In this document: piece after piece, positions 1-8,491 of the stretch
Numbering within the stretch: the stretch's first letter is position 1
How the letters are laid out: each line of letters opens with the position of its first letter
Translations under genes and position numbers: made by a program
Assembly (NCBI GenBank): GCA_016218805.1
Contig: JACRCW010000083.1
Span: 1-40,368 of the forward strand
Length of the DNA: 40,368 nucleotides
Source: Deltaproteobacteria bacterium
GTDB taxonomy: Bacteria > Myxococcota > JACRCW01
Direction: 5' to 3'
Notes under the pieces: generated by a model
Database searches by the model: none
What the model was told of the DNA's origin: nothing
Seen by the model: the letters and a program-made list of their open reading frames with translations, nothing else

Positions 1-263
1 CGCGTGGTCCCGCACGACGACAGACCATTGCTCCCGGTCACCGTCCCGGCGGTGCAGCCGTCCGCCGCCGCGTTGTTGCACACGCCATCAACCGGGCAGT
101 CCCCGTTGAAGCGCGAGCACCCGGTGGCGGTTGTTCCTCCGTAGAGTCCCGCGCAGCTCCACGTGCGCGTGGTCCCGCACGACGACAGACCGTTGCTCCC
201 GGTCACCGTCCCGGCGGTGCAGCCGTCCGCCACCGCGTTGTTGCACGCGCCATCAACCGGGCA
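1..263. repeat. 165-bp (55-aa) tandem repeat inside the Cys-rich lipoprotein
   Basis: 1-98 and 166-263 are near identical (cgcgtggtcccgcacgacgacagacc...atcaaccgggca). The unit encodes PVDGACNNAVADGCTAGTVTGSNGLSSCGTTRTWSCAGLYGGTTATGCSRFNGDC. Confidence 0.9.
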
Positions 264-2267
264 CGTGGCACTGCAACCGCCGCAGTCCGTCGTTCCGGCC
301 GGGCACACACAGGCGCCACCCGGGAGGCTGCACACGTGACCACCCGCCGTACAGTCGGCATCGCTGCAGCAAGTACCGTCGGCAATGCACGCACCGTTGC
401 AGTCGTGCTGGCCGCCGGGGCACTCGCAGGAACCGCCCACGCCGGTGCACAGCTTTCCCCCGGTGCAACTGGCCGCCGTGCTGCAGCAGGTCCCGTTGTT
501 GATGCACGTGCCACCGCAATCATACGTGCCGGCCGCACAGGGACAGGTCGTCGTGGCCGGACAACAGGTCCCGTCGGGAACGCAGCTGCCGCCGCAGTCG
601 TACTGGTTGGACGGGCACGCGCAGGTAGCACCTGGCGCTGCGCACACCATGCCGCCCGTGCACGTGGTGGTGGCGGGGCAGCAACTCCCGTCGGCAATGC
701 AGGTCCCGCTGCAATCGTTGGTACCGGAGGGGCATTCGCAGGCGCTGCCCGGTGCGGGGCACTGGTGGCCGCCCGTGCAGCTCAGCGCGGTGGTGCAGCA
801 CGTTCCCGCGGCAATGCACCCGGTCCCACACGTCACGCCGGCGGCACATGCGCACGTGGCGCCGTCGGCGGGGCACGCCTGGCCGGGCGGGCATTCGTCA
901 GGTTGCGTACAGCACAGGTCCAGCGCGAGGCACACGGCGCCGCACAGCCGCGTCCCCGACGGACACAGGCACGTGTGAGCCTGGCACGTGCGGCCTCCGT
1001 TGCAGTCCACGTCGTCGCAGCAGCCCTCCGTGGCCACGCAGTCCGCACCACAGGCGCGCGTGCCCGGCGCGCACTCACACGTGGGCGCGTTGGCACCCGT
1101 TCCATTCACGCACACGCGTCCGGACGCACAGTCCGTGTCCAGGCAACACGCGCCGCTGGTGGGGACGCATCGCGAAAACGCCGCGCACAGCGCCTGGTCA
1201 GCCGGGCACGCGCACACGCGCGCGGACCCGCCGTCGCCCGGTGGCACGCACTGCTGGCCCGCCGCGCAATCTCCGTCGGCGCAACACCCCGCACCGGCCG
1301 CGCAGGCCCCGTTGCACAGGGATTGTCCCGCGGGGCATTCGCACACGCGCGCCAGGCCGCCGCCGCGCGCAAACGGCGGGGAGCACAGCTGGCCGCCGGT
1401 GCAGTCCGTGTCCAGGCAACAGCTCCCGGACGCCACGCACGTGCCGTTGCATTCGGCGTCACCGGGCTGGCAGGCGCAGGTCTTGTCGCCTCCGGCGGAC
1501 GGCGTCAGACACAGGTGACCGGCCGTGCACTCCGTGTTGTCGCAGCAGGATGCGGCCGGAATGCAGACCCCCGCGCACTCCTTCCCGCCGGGCGGGCAGC
1601 CGCACTGCCCACCGGTGCACTCACCGCCTTCAGGGCACGTGGCGCCCGCATGGGAGCCCGCGCAATCCTCCGCAGCGCCGCAGAACTGCAGCGACGTGGC
1701 GGGGTCCACACAGAACGCCTGGCCGGAGACCGCGTCGGTGCAGGACAACAAACCCGGCGGGCAGCTGTCCGTGCACGTGCCGTTGACGCAGTCCTTGCCC
1801 AGGCACGCGGTCCCCCGGTGGACACCCATGCAGTCCTGGGACGCGCCGCAGAACGTGGTGTCCGTGGCGGGGTCCACGCAGTTGCCGTCGCACCGGATGT
1901 GGCCGGAGGTGCATGTGGCACCGCCGCTGCTGCCTCCGGTTGATGCGCCGTTGCCGCTGCTCCCGCCGCCCGTGCTGCCCGAGAAGGAAACGCCGCCGCT
2001 CCCCGTTGCGGTGCTGGTTGCGCCCGACGTCACCAGGGCCGAGGACCCGCTGGTGCTGACCTGACTGTGGCCGGACCGCGAGGTGGAACCCGAACCGCCG
2101 GTGACCCCGGAAGACCCGCCGCCCACGGCCACGCAGGCTCCATCAATGCACGCGCGGCCCCCGCCGCAGTCGTAGGTCGCATTGCAGGTCTCGGTGTCCG
2201 TTGCGTTCTTCGGACACGCTGACAGGAATGCGGCTCCCAACACGGCCGCCGTCGCCAATCGAGTCAT
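1..2267 (-). CDS. Large Cys-rich repeat lipoprotein (3' end runs off the window)
   Basis: Absent from the ORF track because no stop codon lies in the window. ATG at 2267 with upstream GGAGGGAAGG. Translation starts MTRLATAAVLGAAFLSA-C (lipobox), then a Ser/Gly/Thr linker, two CVDPATxxxFCG units, about ten CxCPxGxxxCxGxC-x5-CC repeats and 55-aa repeats. Confidence 0.85.
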   Translation of the reverse strand, partial: MTRLATAAVLGAAFLSACPKNATDTETCNATYDCGGGRACIDGACVAVGGGSSGVTGGSGSTSRSGHSQVSTSGSSALVTSGATSTATGSGGVSFSGSTGGGSSGNGASTGGSSGGATCTSGHIRCDGNCVDPATDTTFCGASQDCMGVHRGTACLGKDCVNGTCTDSCPPGLLSCTDAVSGQAFCVDPATSLQFCGAAEDCAGSHAGATCPEGGECTGGQCGCPPGGKECAGVCIPAASCCDNTECTAGHLCLTPSAGGDKTCACQPGDAECNGTCVASGSCCLDTDCTGGQLCSPPFARGGGLARVCECPAGQSLCNGACAAGAGCCADGDCAAGQQCVPPGDGGSARVCACPADQALCAAFSRCVPTSGACCLDTDCASGRVCVNGTGANAPTCECAPGTRACGADCVATEGCCDDVDCNGGRTCQAHTCLCPSGTRLCGAVCLALDLCCTQPDECPPGQACPADGATCACAAGVTCGTGCIAAGTCCTTALSCTGGHQCPAPGSACECPSGTNDCSGTCIADGSCCPATTTCTGGMVCAAPGATCACPSNQYDCGGSCVPDGTCCPATTTCPCAAGTYDCGGTCINNGTCCSTAASCTGGKLCTGVGGSCECPGGQHDCNGACIADGTCCSDADCTAGGHVCSLPGGACVCPAGTTDCGGCSATCPVDGACNNAVADGCTAGTVTGSNGLSSCGTTRTWSCAGLYGGTTATGCSRFNGDCPVDGVCNNAAADGCTAGTVTGSNGLSSCGTT

Positions 2268-2550
2268 GCCTTCCCTCCGGTTCAAAGCGCTCACACTGGT
2301 TCCCGCTGCCCGGTGATGCAAGCGGTGCCGACGGGCGGGGCCGTACGTCAGTGTCTGCGGGCCCCAACCGCCCATGCGAAAAGGCAGGCCCGGCGGCGAA
2401 CGCGCGACCATCGAAGGCGCCCTGAGGTCCGGCAGCGCGTGCGACCGCACCTTCCCCAGTGCTCCGTATTGTGAGCCTCGGCGTCACGCAGTACGTTCGG
2501 TGCCCGCGCGGTCAGTTGTCCGCGCGTCACTCCCGCAACGGACGGCTTCC

Positions 2551-2982
2551 ATGCAACGCGCTCTGGTCGCTTTCGGTGGCATCATTCTCGCCGCCGCTGT
2601 CTTCTTCGTCACCATTGAGTCGCGCCTCCTGCTCCGCCAGGACGCGGACGGCGTCCTCGCCGTGCACCAGTCTGTGGTGGGGAGCGAGCGGAAGGAGCGC
2701 ATCACCGCGCTGCACTTCGAGCCCGGTTGCGTGCTGGCGGCAGATGGGCCCGGGGGACGGGCGGTGCTCCGCAAGGCCGGCTCGCCCAGGCCGTGTGCGG
2801 TGCTCGCCAAGGGGGCGGAGGCCGGCAGGGCGTTCCTCGCCGCGCCGTCTGGGGAGTTGGTGTTGTGGCAAGCACCGTGGCGCGCCCTGGGCGGGATCAA
2901 CTTTGTGGTGCTGATTGGCCTCGCCGCATGGGTGGGCTGGCAGCGCAGGCAGCGCCCAGGAGGCCTCCCGGAGCACGCCTGA
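2551..2982 (+). CDS. Hypothetical membrane protein with two TM helices
   Basis: MQRALVAFGGIILAAAVFFVTI N-terminal hydrophobic helix and C-terminal GINFVVLIGLAAWVGW followed by basic residues. Confidence 0.6.
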   Translation: MQRALVAFGGIILAAAVFFVTIESRLLLRQDADGVLAVHQSVVGSERKERITALHFEPGCVLAADGPGGRAVLRKAGSPRPCAVLAKGAEAGRAFLAAPSGELVLWQAPWRALGGINFVVLIGLAAWVGWQRRQRPGGLPEHA

Positions 2983-3135
2983 CGGGAGGGCGCCTGGTTT
3001 CCTGATAGGCGTCCTTTGTGACTTTGATGACGCTCACCGGGCGGATGACGCGCCAGCTCACGGAGCACCGGATGAACGGGACGTGGAGCGACAGCAGGAC
3101 CGCGCCCACCTGGCAACACCGTAGGAGGGAAGTCC

Positions 3136-3615
3136 ATGGGGAAGACCAAGATGACGACGCCACCGTCCAAGCGCGCGGCCAGGACCAAGGGACCCCCAAG
3201 GTCCACCAAGCCGGCGCTCCTCACCGGCGGCAACCCTCAAATCGCCAAGGCCGACGGCGACACCCCCGTGCAGGCCTACATCGCAGCCATGCCGGGGTGG
3301 AAGAGCGACGTGGGCCGCCGCCTCGACGCGATCATTGCGCGCGCGGTCCCCGGCGTGCGGAAGGCCGTCAAATGGAACTCGCCCTTTTATGGCGTTGAGG
3401 GCCAGGGCTGGTTCCTCAGCCTCCACACCTTCACCCGCTACGTGAAGGTGACCTTCTTTCAGGGCGCGCTGATGCGTCCCGTTCCGCCCGGAGGCACGGC
3501 CAAGGACGCGCGCTGGATTGACATCCATGAGGACGGCTTCAACGAAGCCCAGATGACGACGTGGGTCCGGCAGGCGGCCGCACTGCCGGGCTGGAAGCTG
3601 GGCTCCACACCGTAG
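3136..3615 (+). CDS. DUF1801 (YdhG-like) protein
   Basis: GGNPQIAKADGDTPVQAYIAAMPGWK...KAVKWNSPFYG signature; AGGAGG RBS upstream. Confidence 0.85.
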   Translation: MGKTKMTTPPSKRAARTKGPPRSTKPALLTGGNPQIAKADGDTPVQAYIAAMPGWKSDVGRRLDAIIARAVPGVRKAVKWNSPFYGVEGQGWFLSLHTFTRYVKVTFFQGALMRPVPPGGTAKDARWIDIHEDGFNEAQMTTWVRQAAALPGWKLGSTP

Positions 3616-3967
3616 TCAGCGCCGTGGTGCCGGTACCGCAGCGGTTCAGTCAGGGGACCCCGCGCCCCCACGGCCCAACTCCACCGCGCGAATCAGCGAC
3701 GTGGCGGCGGAGGGGAACCCTCCCGCGCGTGCGGCGTGGCGGCGCGTTCGCCGTCGGTCAACAGGACCAGGTACGCCTTGAGGAGCGTTTCTGCCTTCTG
3801 CAGGTGGGTCAGCGCTCCCGCGGCCCCAGCGTCTGCGTATCCAAACGTGTTGCCATGGTTGCTCTCCCAGGTTGTGGGTGACGTGCAGCGGGACGATTCA
3901 GCGGCCCCCGCAGGTGGCGTCCATCCGCCGGGTCAGACGTTCTGTTGCCCGGGCCCCGTTTGGTAGC

Positions 3968-4855
3968 GTGTGCGCGGTGGAACCCTTCTTTGGCCCGGTA
4001 CCCGGGCCCCTGTCTCCACGCGCAGAGCAGCAACTGGCGGCGGTGCTGGAAGGCCTTGCGTTGCAGCCGCCCGGCGACCCCTACCGCGCGTGCCGCTGGC
4101 TGATGGCCCAAATGGACCAGGTGTTCCATGGGGTCGGCGCCTCCGTCGGGTTCGCGGTACGGCACGGTGAAGAGACCACCACCCGGGCGCCAGGACGCGT
4201 GTTCGGCTGGTCACCCGGGCTGTTTGTTCATGGCGATGAGGTGGCGCACCGCGTGGAGATGACGCTGGACATCCTGCGCCAGCGTGATTTTGTCGAGGAT
4301 GATGTCACCCGCGACCGGATGCGCGCCGCCGGCCGGGTCCGCGTGTATGTGTGCCGCGGGTACAACCAACATTCGCCGCTGCCGGACGGGTTGGAGGGCG
4401 CCATTCTCCGGCGGTTGCGGCTGGCGGACCGCATGACCGTCCACATTCCGCTGGCTCCGCACGTGGAAGGCGTCCTGATGGTGGACCGGAAACGTGCACC
4501 GGTCTTTTCGCCCCAGGATGCCTGGCTGGCCTTCACGCTCCAGCGCTACGCGGTGGCCTGTCTGCGCAGCCTGGCGCGTGCGTGCGGCTACCTGGATGCG
4601 GTGGCGCCGCTGACCCCGCGCGAGCGCGACGTTGTGCGCCTGTTGCTGACGGGTCAGCGCGAGCGGGATGTGGCCCACGCGCTGGGCATGACGCCGAGCG
4701 CGCTCCACGAGCGGGTGAAGGAGGTCTACGGGAAGTTCCAGGTGACCAGCCGTCCGGAGTTGATGGCCCTCTGGCTCACCGGTGCCGCGCCGCGCCCCCC
4801 GGAGGTCCCTCCCCGCCGTCGCGGCGCCGGACGCAAGCCGGCCCACGGGGCGTAG
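3968..4855 (+). CDS. LuxR-family transcriptional regulator with N-terminal GAF-like sensor region (start uncertain)
   Basis: C-terminal LTPRERDVVRLLLTGQRERDVAHALGMTPSALHERVKEVYGKFQVTSRPELMA is a LuxR HTH. Confidence 0.8.
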   Translation: MCAVEPFFGPVPGPLSPRAEQQLAAVLEGLALQPPGDPYRACRWLMAQMDQVFHGVGASVGFAVRHGEETTTRAPGRVFGWSPGLFVHGDEVAHRVEMTLDILRQRDFVEDDVTRDRMRAAGRVRVYVCRGYNQHSPLPDGLEGAILRRLRLADRMTVHIPLAPHVEGVLMVDRKRAPVFSPQDAWLAFTLQRYAVACLRSLARACGYLDAVAPLTPRERDVVRLLLTGQRERDVAHALGMTPSALHERVKEVYGKFQVTSRPELMALWLTGAAPRPPEVPPRRRGAGRKPAHGA

Positions 4856-4877
4856 AGCCGTTCTCCGGCCATTGCGC

Positions 4878-6092
4878 CTACGGGCAGAAGTTCTCAGACC
4901 TGAGGTAGGCGTGGATGGCGTGCGTGGTCAGGTTGGGGTCACACCCAGGCTGACCGGCGGGCGGCGGCACGGGGCAGGTCACGTTGAAGCGGAACACGTA
5001 GTCGCCGTCAAAGCGGCACGAGCCGGCCGGCGTCATGGTGAGATTGAAATACTGCCGGCACTTGTTGTTGGCGTCCGGGCAGATGCGGCCATTGGGCTCT
5101 TCCACAAAACTGTTGAGCGTGAACACCGCGCTGAAATCCACCGTATCCGGCGTGAGGACGTAGGGCAGCGCGGAGAGCGTCCCCAGCTGAACAAAGGCCG
5201 GGTCACCGGTGTTGGCCGGGGAGACCTGCTGGGTGATGGCCGCGTTCACGCGGAACGGGGCAATCTGGACGTCAAAGGTGCCGCAGAAGTTCTCCGAGGA
5301 GAGGCTGGGCGTCACCTGGAAGGTGGTGAATGTGGGGTTGATGCGCGCGCAGTCACCGCCCGATGCACAGGAGACGTCAAACGTCATGGGGTACTCGCCG
5401 TTGAACCGGCAGGCGCCCGCGTCATGCATGCGGACATCAAAGTACTGCCGGCAACGGGTGTTGTTGGTGCCGGTGGGGCATACCCGCTGGGTGAGGTCTT
5501 CGGACACGTCAATGAGCACAAACCCGGGCGGGATGGTGACCTGGGGGTTGGTGAGCAACACCGGGTAATAGGACAGGGTTCCAAGCTGGAAGGTCACCGG
5601 GTCGTTGATCCCCAGCGGGCTCAACTGCGCCGTGATGGCAGCGTTCACGGTGGTGGGGGCATAGCTCGGTCCAGCGCTGGAGCTGCCGGAGCCGCCGTTG
5701 CTGGATGCACCGTTTCCGCTGGACGCGCCGGTGCTGCTGGCCACGGTGTTGGACGCGCTGGTGCCAACCGAACCGCCGGTGCTGCTGGCCACGGTGCTGG
5801 ACGAGCTGGTGCCAACCGAACCGCCGGTGCTGCTGGCCACGGTGTTGGACGTGCTGGTGCCACCCGAACCGCCGGTGCTGCTGGATGACGCAGCAAGGCT
5901 GGCGGGTGACGAGGAGGACGAGGGTGCGCTTGTGGTGGTGGCGGCCGATGCGCTCTGGCCTGAGGAGCCTGTGGTGGAGCTGCTGTTGGACGCCCCTCCG
6001 GTGGAGCTGCTGGATGAGTTGTCACCGGACTCACCGGTGCAACCCCAGGCGGAGAACAGTGCCGACATCATGACCAGGGACAGCCGTTTCAT
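4878..6092 (-). CDS. Lipoprotein with Ser/Thr/Gly stalk and two copies of a ~125-133 aa Cys-containing domain
   Basis: ATG 6092 with GGAGG RBS; MKRLSLVMMSALFSAWG-C lipobox-like signal; duplicated VNAAIT...CRQYF...CRFxGxY...SENFC domain. Confidence 0.85.
   Translation of the reverse strand: MKRLSLVMMSALFSAWGCTGESGDNSSSSSTGGASNSSSTTGSSGQSASAATTTSAPSSSSSPASLAASSSSTGGSGGTSTSNTVASSTGGSVGTSSSSTVASSTGGSVGTSASNTVASSTGASSGNGASSNGGSGSSSAGPSYAPTTVNAAITAQLSPLGINDPVTFQLGTLSYYPVLLTNPQVTIPPGFVLIDVSEDLTQRVCPTGTNNTRCRQYFDVRMHDAGACRFNGEYPMTFDVSCASGGDCARINPTFTTFQVTPSLSSENFCGTFDVQIAPFRVNAAITQQVSPANTGDPAFVQLGTLSALPYVLTPDTVDFSAVFTLNSFVEEPNGRICPDANNKCRQYFNLTMTPAGSCRFDGDYVFRFNVTCPVPPPAGQPGCDPNLTTHAIHAYLRSENFCP
5727..5884. 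repeat. 48-bp tandem repeat, about 3.3 copies, in the Ser/Thr stalk
   Basis: Units start at 5727, 5775, 5823 and 5871 (gccggtgctgctgg...); encodes 16-aa TVASSTGGSVGTSxSx units. Confidence 0.9.
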
Positions 6093-6538
6093 GGTGTGCC
6101 TCCATGTCTTTCGGGTTGTGTGCGAGTGCGGCAACAGACAACGGTTGCGGAACCGACGACCAGTCCTTTTCAGGAGGGGAGCGCCAAGATCCCGTCGGGC
6201 CAACACGGACGCACCCCGGAGGAGTTCCGCTCTGGGGACTGTCTCAGAAATGCGCCTGACGCCCCCTGCCAGAGTCACGCGCAGGGTCTGCCCGCACGGC
6301 GTGCCACCGCGCCATCCCGGCGCATGAGCGGAGTCATGGACCGGTCCGGTTCCTCGGCCGTTGTTCCGCGCTCCACGGTGACCGCCGCGGCGTCATGGTG
6401 CAGCAGAGCGATCAGCGCCGGCAGGCCGTCCGCACAGGGGCGCTCCTGCTCTCCTCCTGGGGCCCAACCTCGCATTGGCCAGGTGAAGGCGCGGCGATTG
6501 CCGCGATTTCTCCGCCAACCTGCGCAACCCCGTGCCGG

Positions 6539-7198
6539 CTAGCCTTCCACCGGCGGCAGGCTCCCCATCCCCGGCTCGGCGCGGCCTTCCACGGCGGCGC
6601 GCAGGCCGGCGGCCACCATCGCCACGGCCACGTCGTTGAGGCCTTCGTTGGGGATGACCACGTCCGCGTGGCGGCGGGAGGGCCACACGTACTGCAGGTG
6701 CATGGGCCGCACGGTGCGGAAGTACTGGTCCAGCACCTGGTCCACGGAGCGGCCGCGCTCATGGATGTCACGAACCAGGCGGCGGCCCAGGCGCACGTCC
6801 GCGTCATTGTCCACAAACACCTTGGCGGTCATGCGGTCCCGCAGCGCGGCGTCATGCAGGGCCATGATGCCTTCCAGGATGATGATGGGTGCGCTGGGCA
6901 ACGGCGTCACCTCCACCATCCGCACGCTCTCCACAAAGTTGTACAGCGGCTTGTCCACGGCGTGGCCGGCCAGCAGTGCGTCCACGTGGCGGTTGACCAG
7001 CGGCCAGTCAAACGCGTCCGGGTGGTCAAAGTTGAACTGCTTGCGCTCGTCCGGCGGGACGTCGCTGTTGTCCAGGTAGTAGCTGTCCAGGTCCATGATG
7101 ACGGCGGAATCACGCGGCAGGTGCGCCATGATCTTGCGTGCCACGGTGGTCTTGCCGGAGCCCGTGCCACCCGCGATTCCCACCAGCACCCGCCGCAC
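6539..7198 (-). CDS. udk: Uridine kinase
   Basis: GIAGGTGSGKTT P-loop, DSYY, NFDHPDAFD, ILEGI, RRLVRDIHERGRS motifs. Confidence 0.95.
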   Translation of the reverse strand: MRRVLVGIAGGTGSGKTTVARKIMAHLPRDSAVIMDLDSYYLDNSDVPPDERKQFNFDHPDAFDWPLVNRHVDALLAGHAVDKPLYNFVESVRMVEVTPLPSAPIIILEGIMALHDAALRDRMTAKVFVDNDADVRLGRRLVRDIHERGRSVDQVLDQYFRTVRPMHLQYVWPSRRHADVVIPNEGLNDVAVAMVAAGLRAAVEGRAEPGMGSLPPVEG

Positions 7199-7221
7199 TG
7201 CGCGTGGACCTCCCCGGGCGC

Positions 7222-7770
7222 TCAGCCAGCCCGGCGATAGAGACCGTGGCGGGTGACGTAGTCCACCACGGCGCGGTCCAGAAGGTGGTCCACGGCGCCG
7301 CCCGTTTCAAGCAGCGCGCGCACCTGCGTGGATGAGACCTCCGGCAGCACCAGCCCGCCCACGTCAGGGAAGCCGCCGCGGCCCATGACCACCAGGCCGG
7401 TGGTGGCCCGGATCTCCTCCCAGCCCTTCCACCGGACGGTCTCCGGCAGGATGTCCGCGCCGATCACCAGGGACAGTTCCACGCCCTGGATGCGTGCCCG
7501 CAACGCGCGCAACGTCTCCACCGTCCGGGTGGGGCGCGGCAGCTCCGCCTCCAGCGTGCTCACCTTGGCCCGCCCGCCAAAGTGGCGCACGGCCAGCTCC
7601 GCCATGGCCACGCGGTGGTGGAAGTCCGCCAGCGGCTTGCCAAACGCATGCTCCGGCACCGGCATGACCCACACCTCATCCACCGGCTGCGTGGCCAGCA
7701 CCCACGTCACCGCCAGCTGGTGGGCAACGTGCGGCGGGTTGAAGCTGCCACCGTAGACGGCAATGCGCAT
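7222..7770 (-). CDS. nadD: Nicotinate-nucleotide adenylyltransferase
   Basis: YGGSFNPPHVAH (HxGH-type), IGAD, WKGW, VSSTQVR and C-terminal V.DY...HGLY motifs. Confidence 0.93.
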   Translation of the reverse strand: MRIAVYGGSFNPPHVAHQLAVTWVLATQPVDEVWVMPVPEHAFGKPLADFHHRVAMAELAVRHFGGRAKVSTLEAELPRPTRTVETLRALRARIQGVELSLVIGADILPETVRWKGWEEIRATTGLVVMGRGGFPDVGGLVLPEVSSTQVRALLETGGAVDHLLDRAVVDYVTRHGLYRRAG

Positions 7771-7794
7771 GGCGGGCGGCACTGTACCCCTGCC

Positions 7795-8412
7795 TCACTT
7801 GACGGAGAACTTGGTGCCGCCGCCCACGGTGAGCCCTTCGCGGGACCGCTCGCGCCCGTCCAGATCATGGAACGCCACCGTGATGGACGGGCCCTGCAGG
7901 TCCAGCACGCCCACGGTGGGCTCGTCACCGGTCACGCTGCCGGGGGTGACAAACGCGCGCGGCCCAATGCGCACCACCGCGGCCTTGCGGCTGCGTCCGT
8001 GCAGGATCAGGTGCGCGTTGGCAATGTCCTCCCGGTTGAGGTCCCCCTTGTTGTGCACCAGCAGGCACAACGTGTTGCCCAGCATCTCCATCACCTTCTG
8101 CTCGTCAGCCGGCGCGCCGGTGCCCTTCTCGGCCACGCGCACCACGTCATCACGCGGGGCCGCGTGCGCCTGCCCCGCGGCGGCGTCCGCGGCCAGCGCG
8201 CCCAGCATCAGGGAGACCAGGTCCCCCTCCGTGCTCGGCGGCGGCGGCGGGGCGGCCGCTTCCGCGGTGGCCTCCTGGCACGCGTCCACATCCGCCCAGT
8301 TGCCGCCCAGGAAGAACACCCGTTCACAGTGCAGCGTGTCCACCAGCAGCCGGATGGCACGCGTCAGCGCCGCGATGTCCCCGCCGCTGTCCGCCGCCAA
8401 CCCGATGCGCAT
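7795..8412 (-). CDS. Degenerate YfcE/Vps29-like metallophosphoesterase-fold protein
   Basis: Strand order MRIGLAADSGG / VFFLGG / LLVHN / ILHGRS / FVTPGS mirrors the calcineurin-like YfcE motifs, but most metal ligands are substituted. Confidence 0.65.
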   Translation of the reverse strand: MRIGLAADSGGDIAALTRAIRLLVDTLHCERVFFLGGNWADVDACQEATAEAAAPPPPPSTEGDLVSLMLGALAADAAAGQAHAAPRDDVVRVAEKGTGAPADEQKVMEMLGNTLCLLVHNKGDLNREDIANAHLILHGRSRKAAVVRIGPRAFVTPGSVTGDEPTVGVLDLQGPSITVAFHDLDGRERSREGLTVGGGTKFSVK

Positions 8413-8491
8413 GCCACCCACCCGGTCCAAGTGTTTCGCCGCACCAGCACTATCACGGACTTGAGCGCGCACCCGAGGGCACGCGCCGCCG

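Noticed and set aside
131..2064. Many long ORFs in the track (for example 336..1943 +)
   Set aside because: These are antisense or alternate-frame shadows of the Cys-rich minus-strand gene, with the Arg/Ala/Pro-rich composition typical of high-GC artefacts. The same applies to most overlapping ORFs in the window.
2318..2330. Sigma54-like element upstream of the Cys-rich gene (GGCACCGCTTGC on the minus strand)
   Set aside because: The spacing is GG-N8-GC rather than the obligatory GG-N10-GC.
5727..5884. Regularly spaced repeats as a possible CRISPR array
   Set aside because: The units are contiguous 48-bp in-frame coding repeats with no unique spacers, and no cas genes are present.
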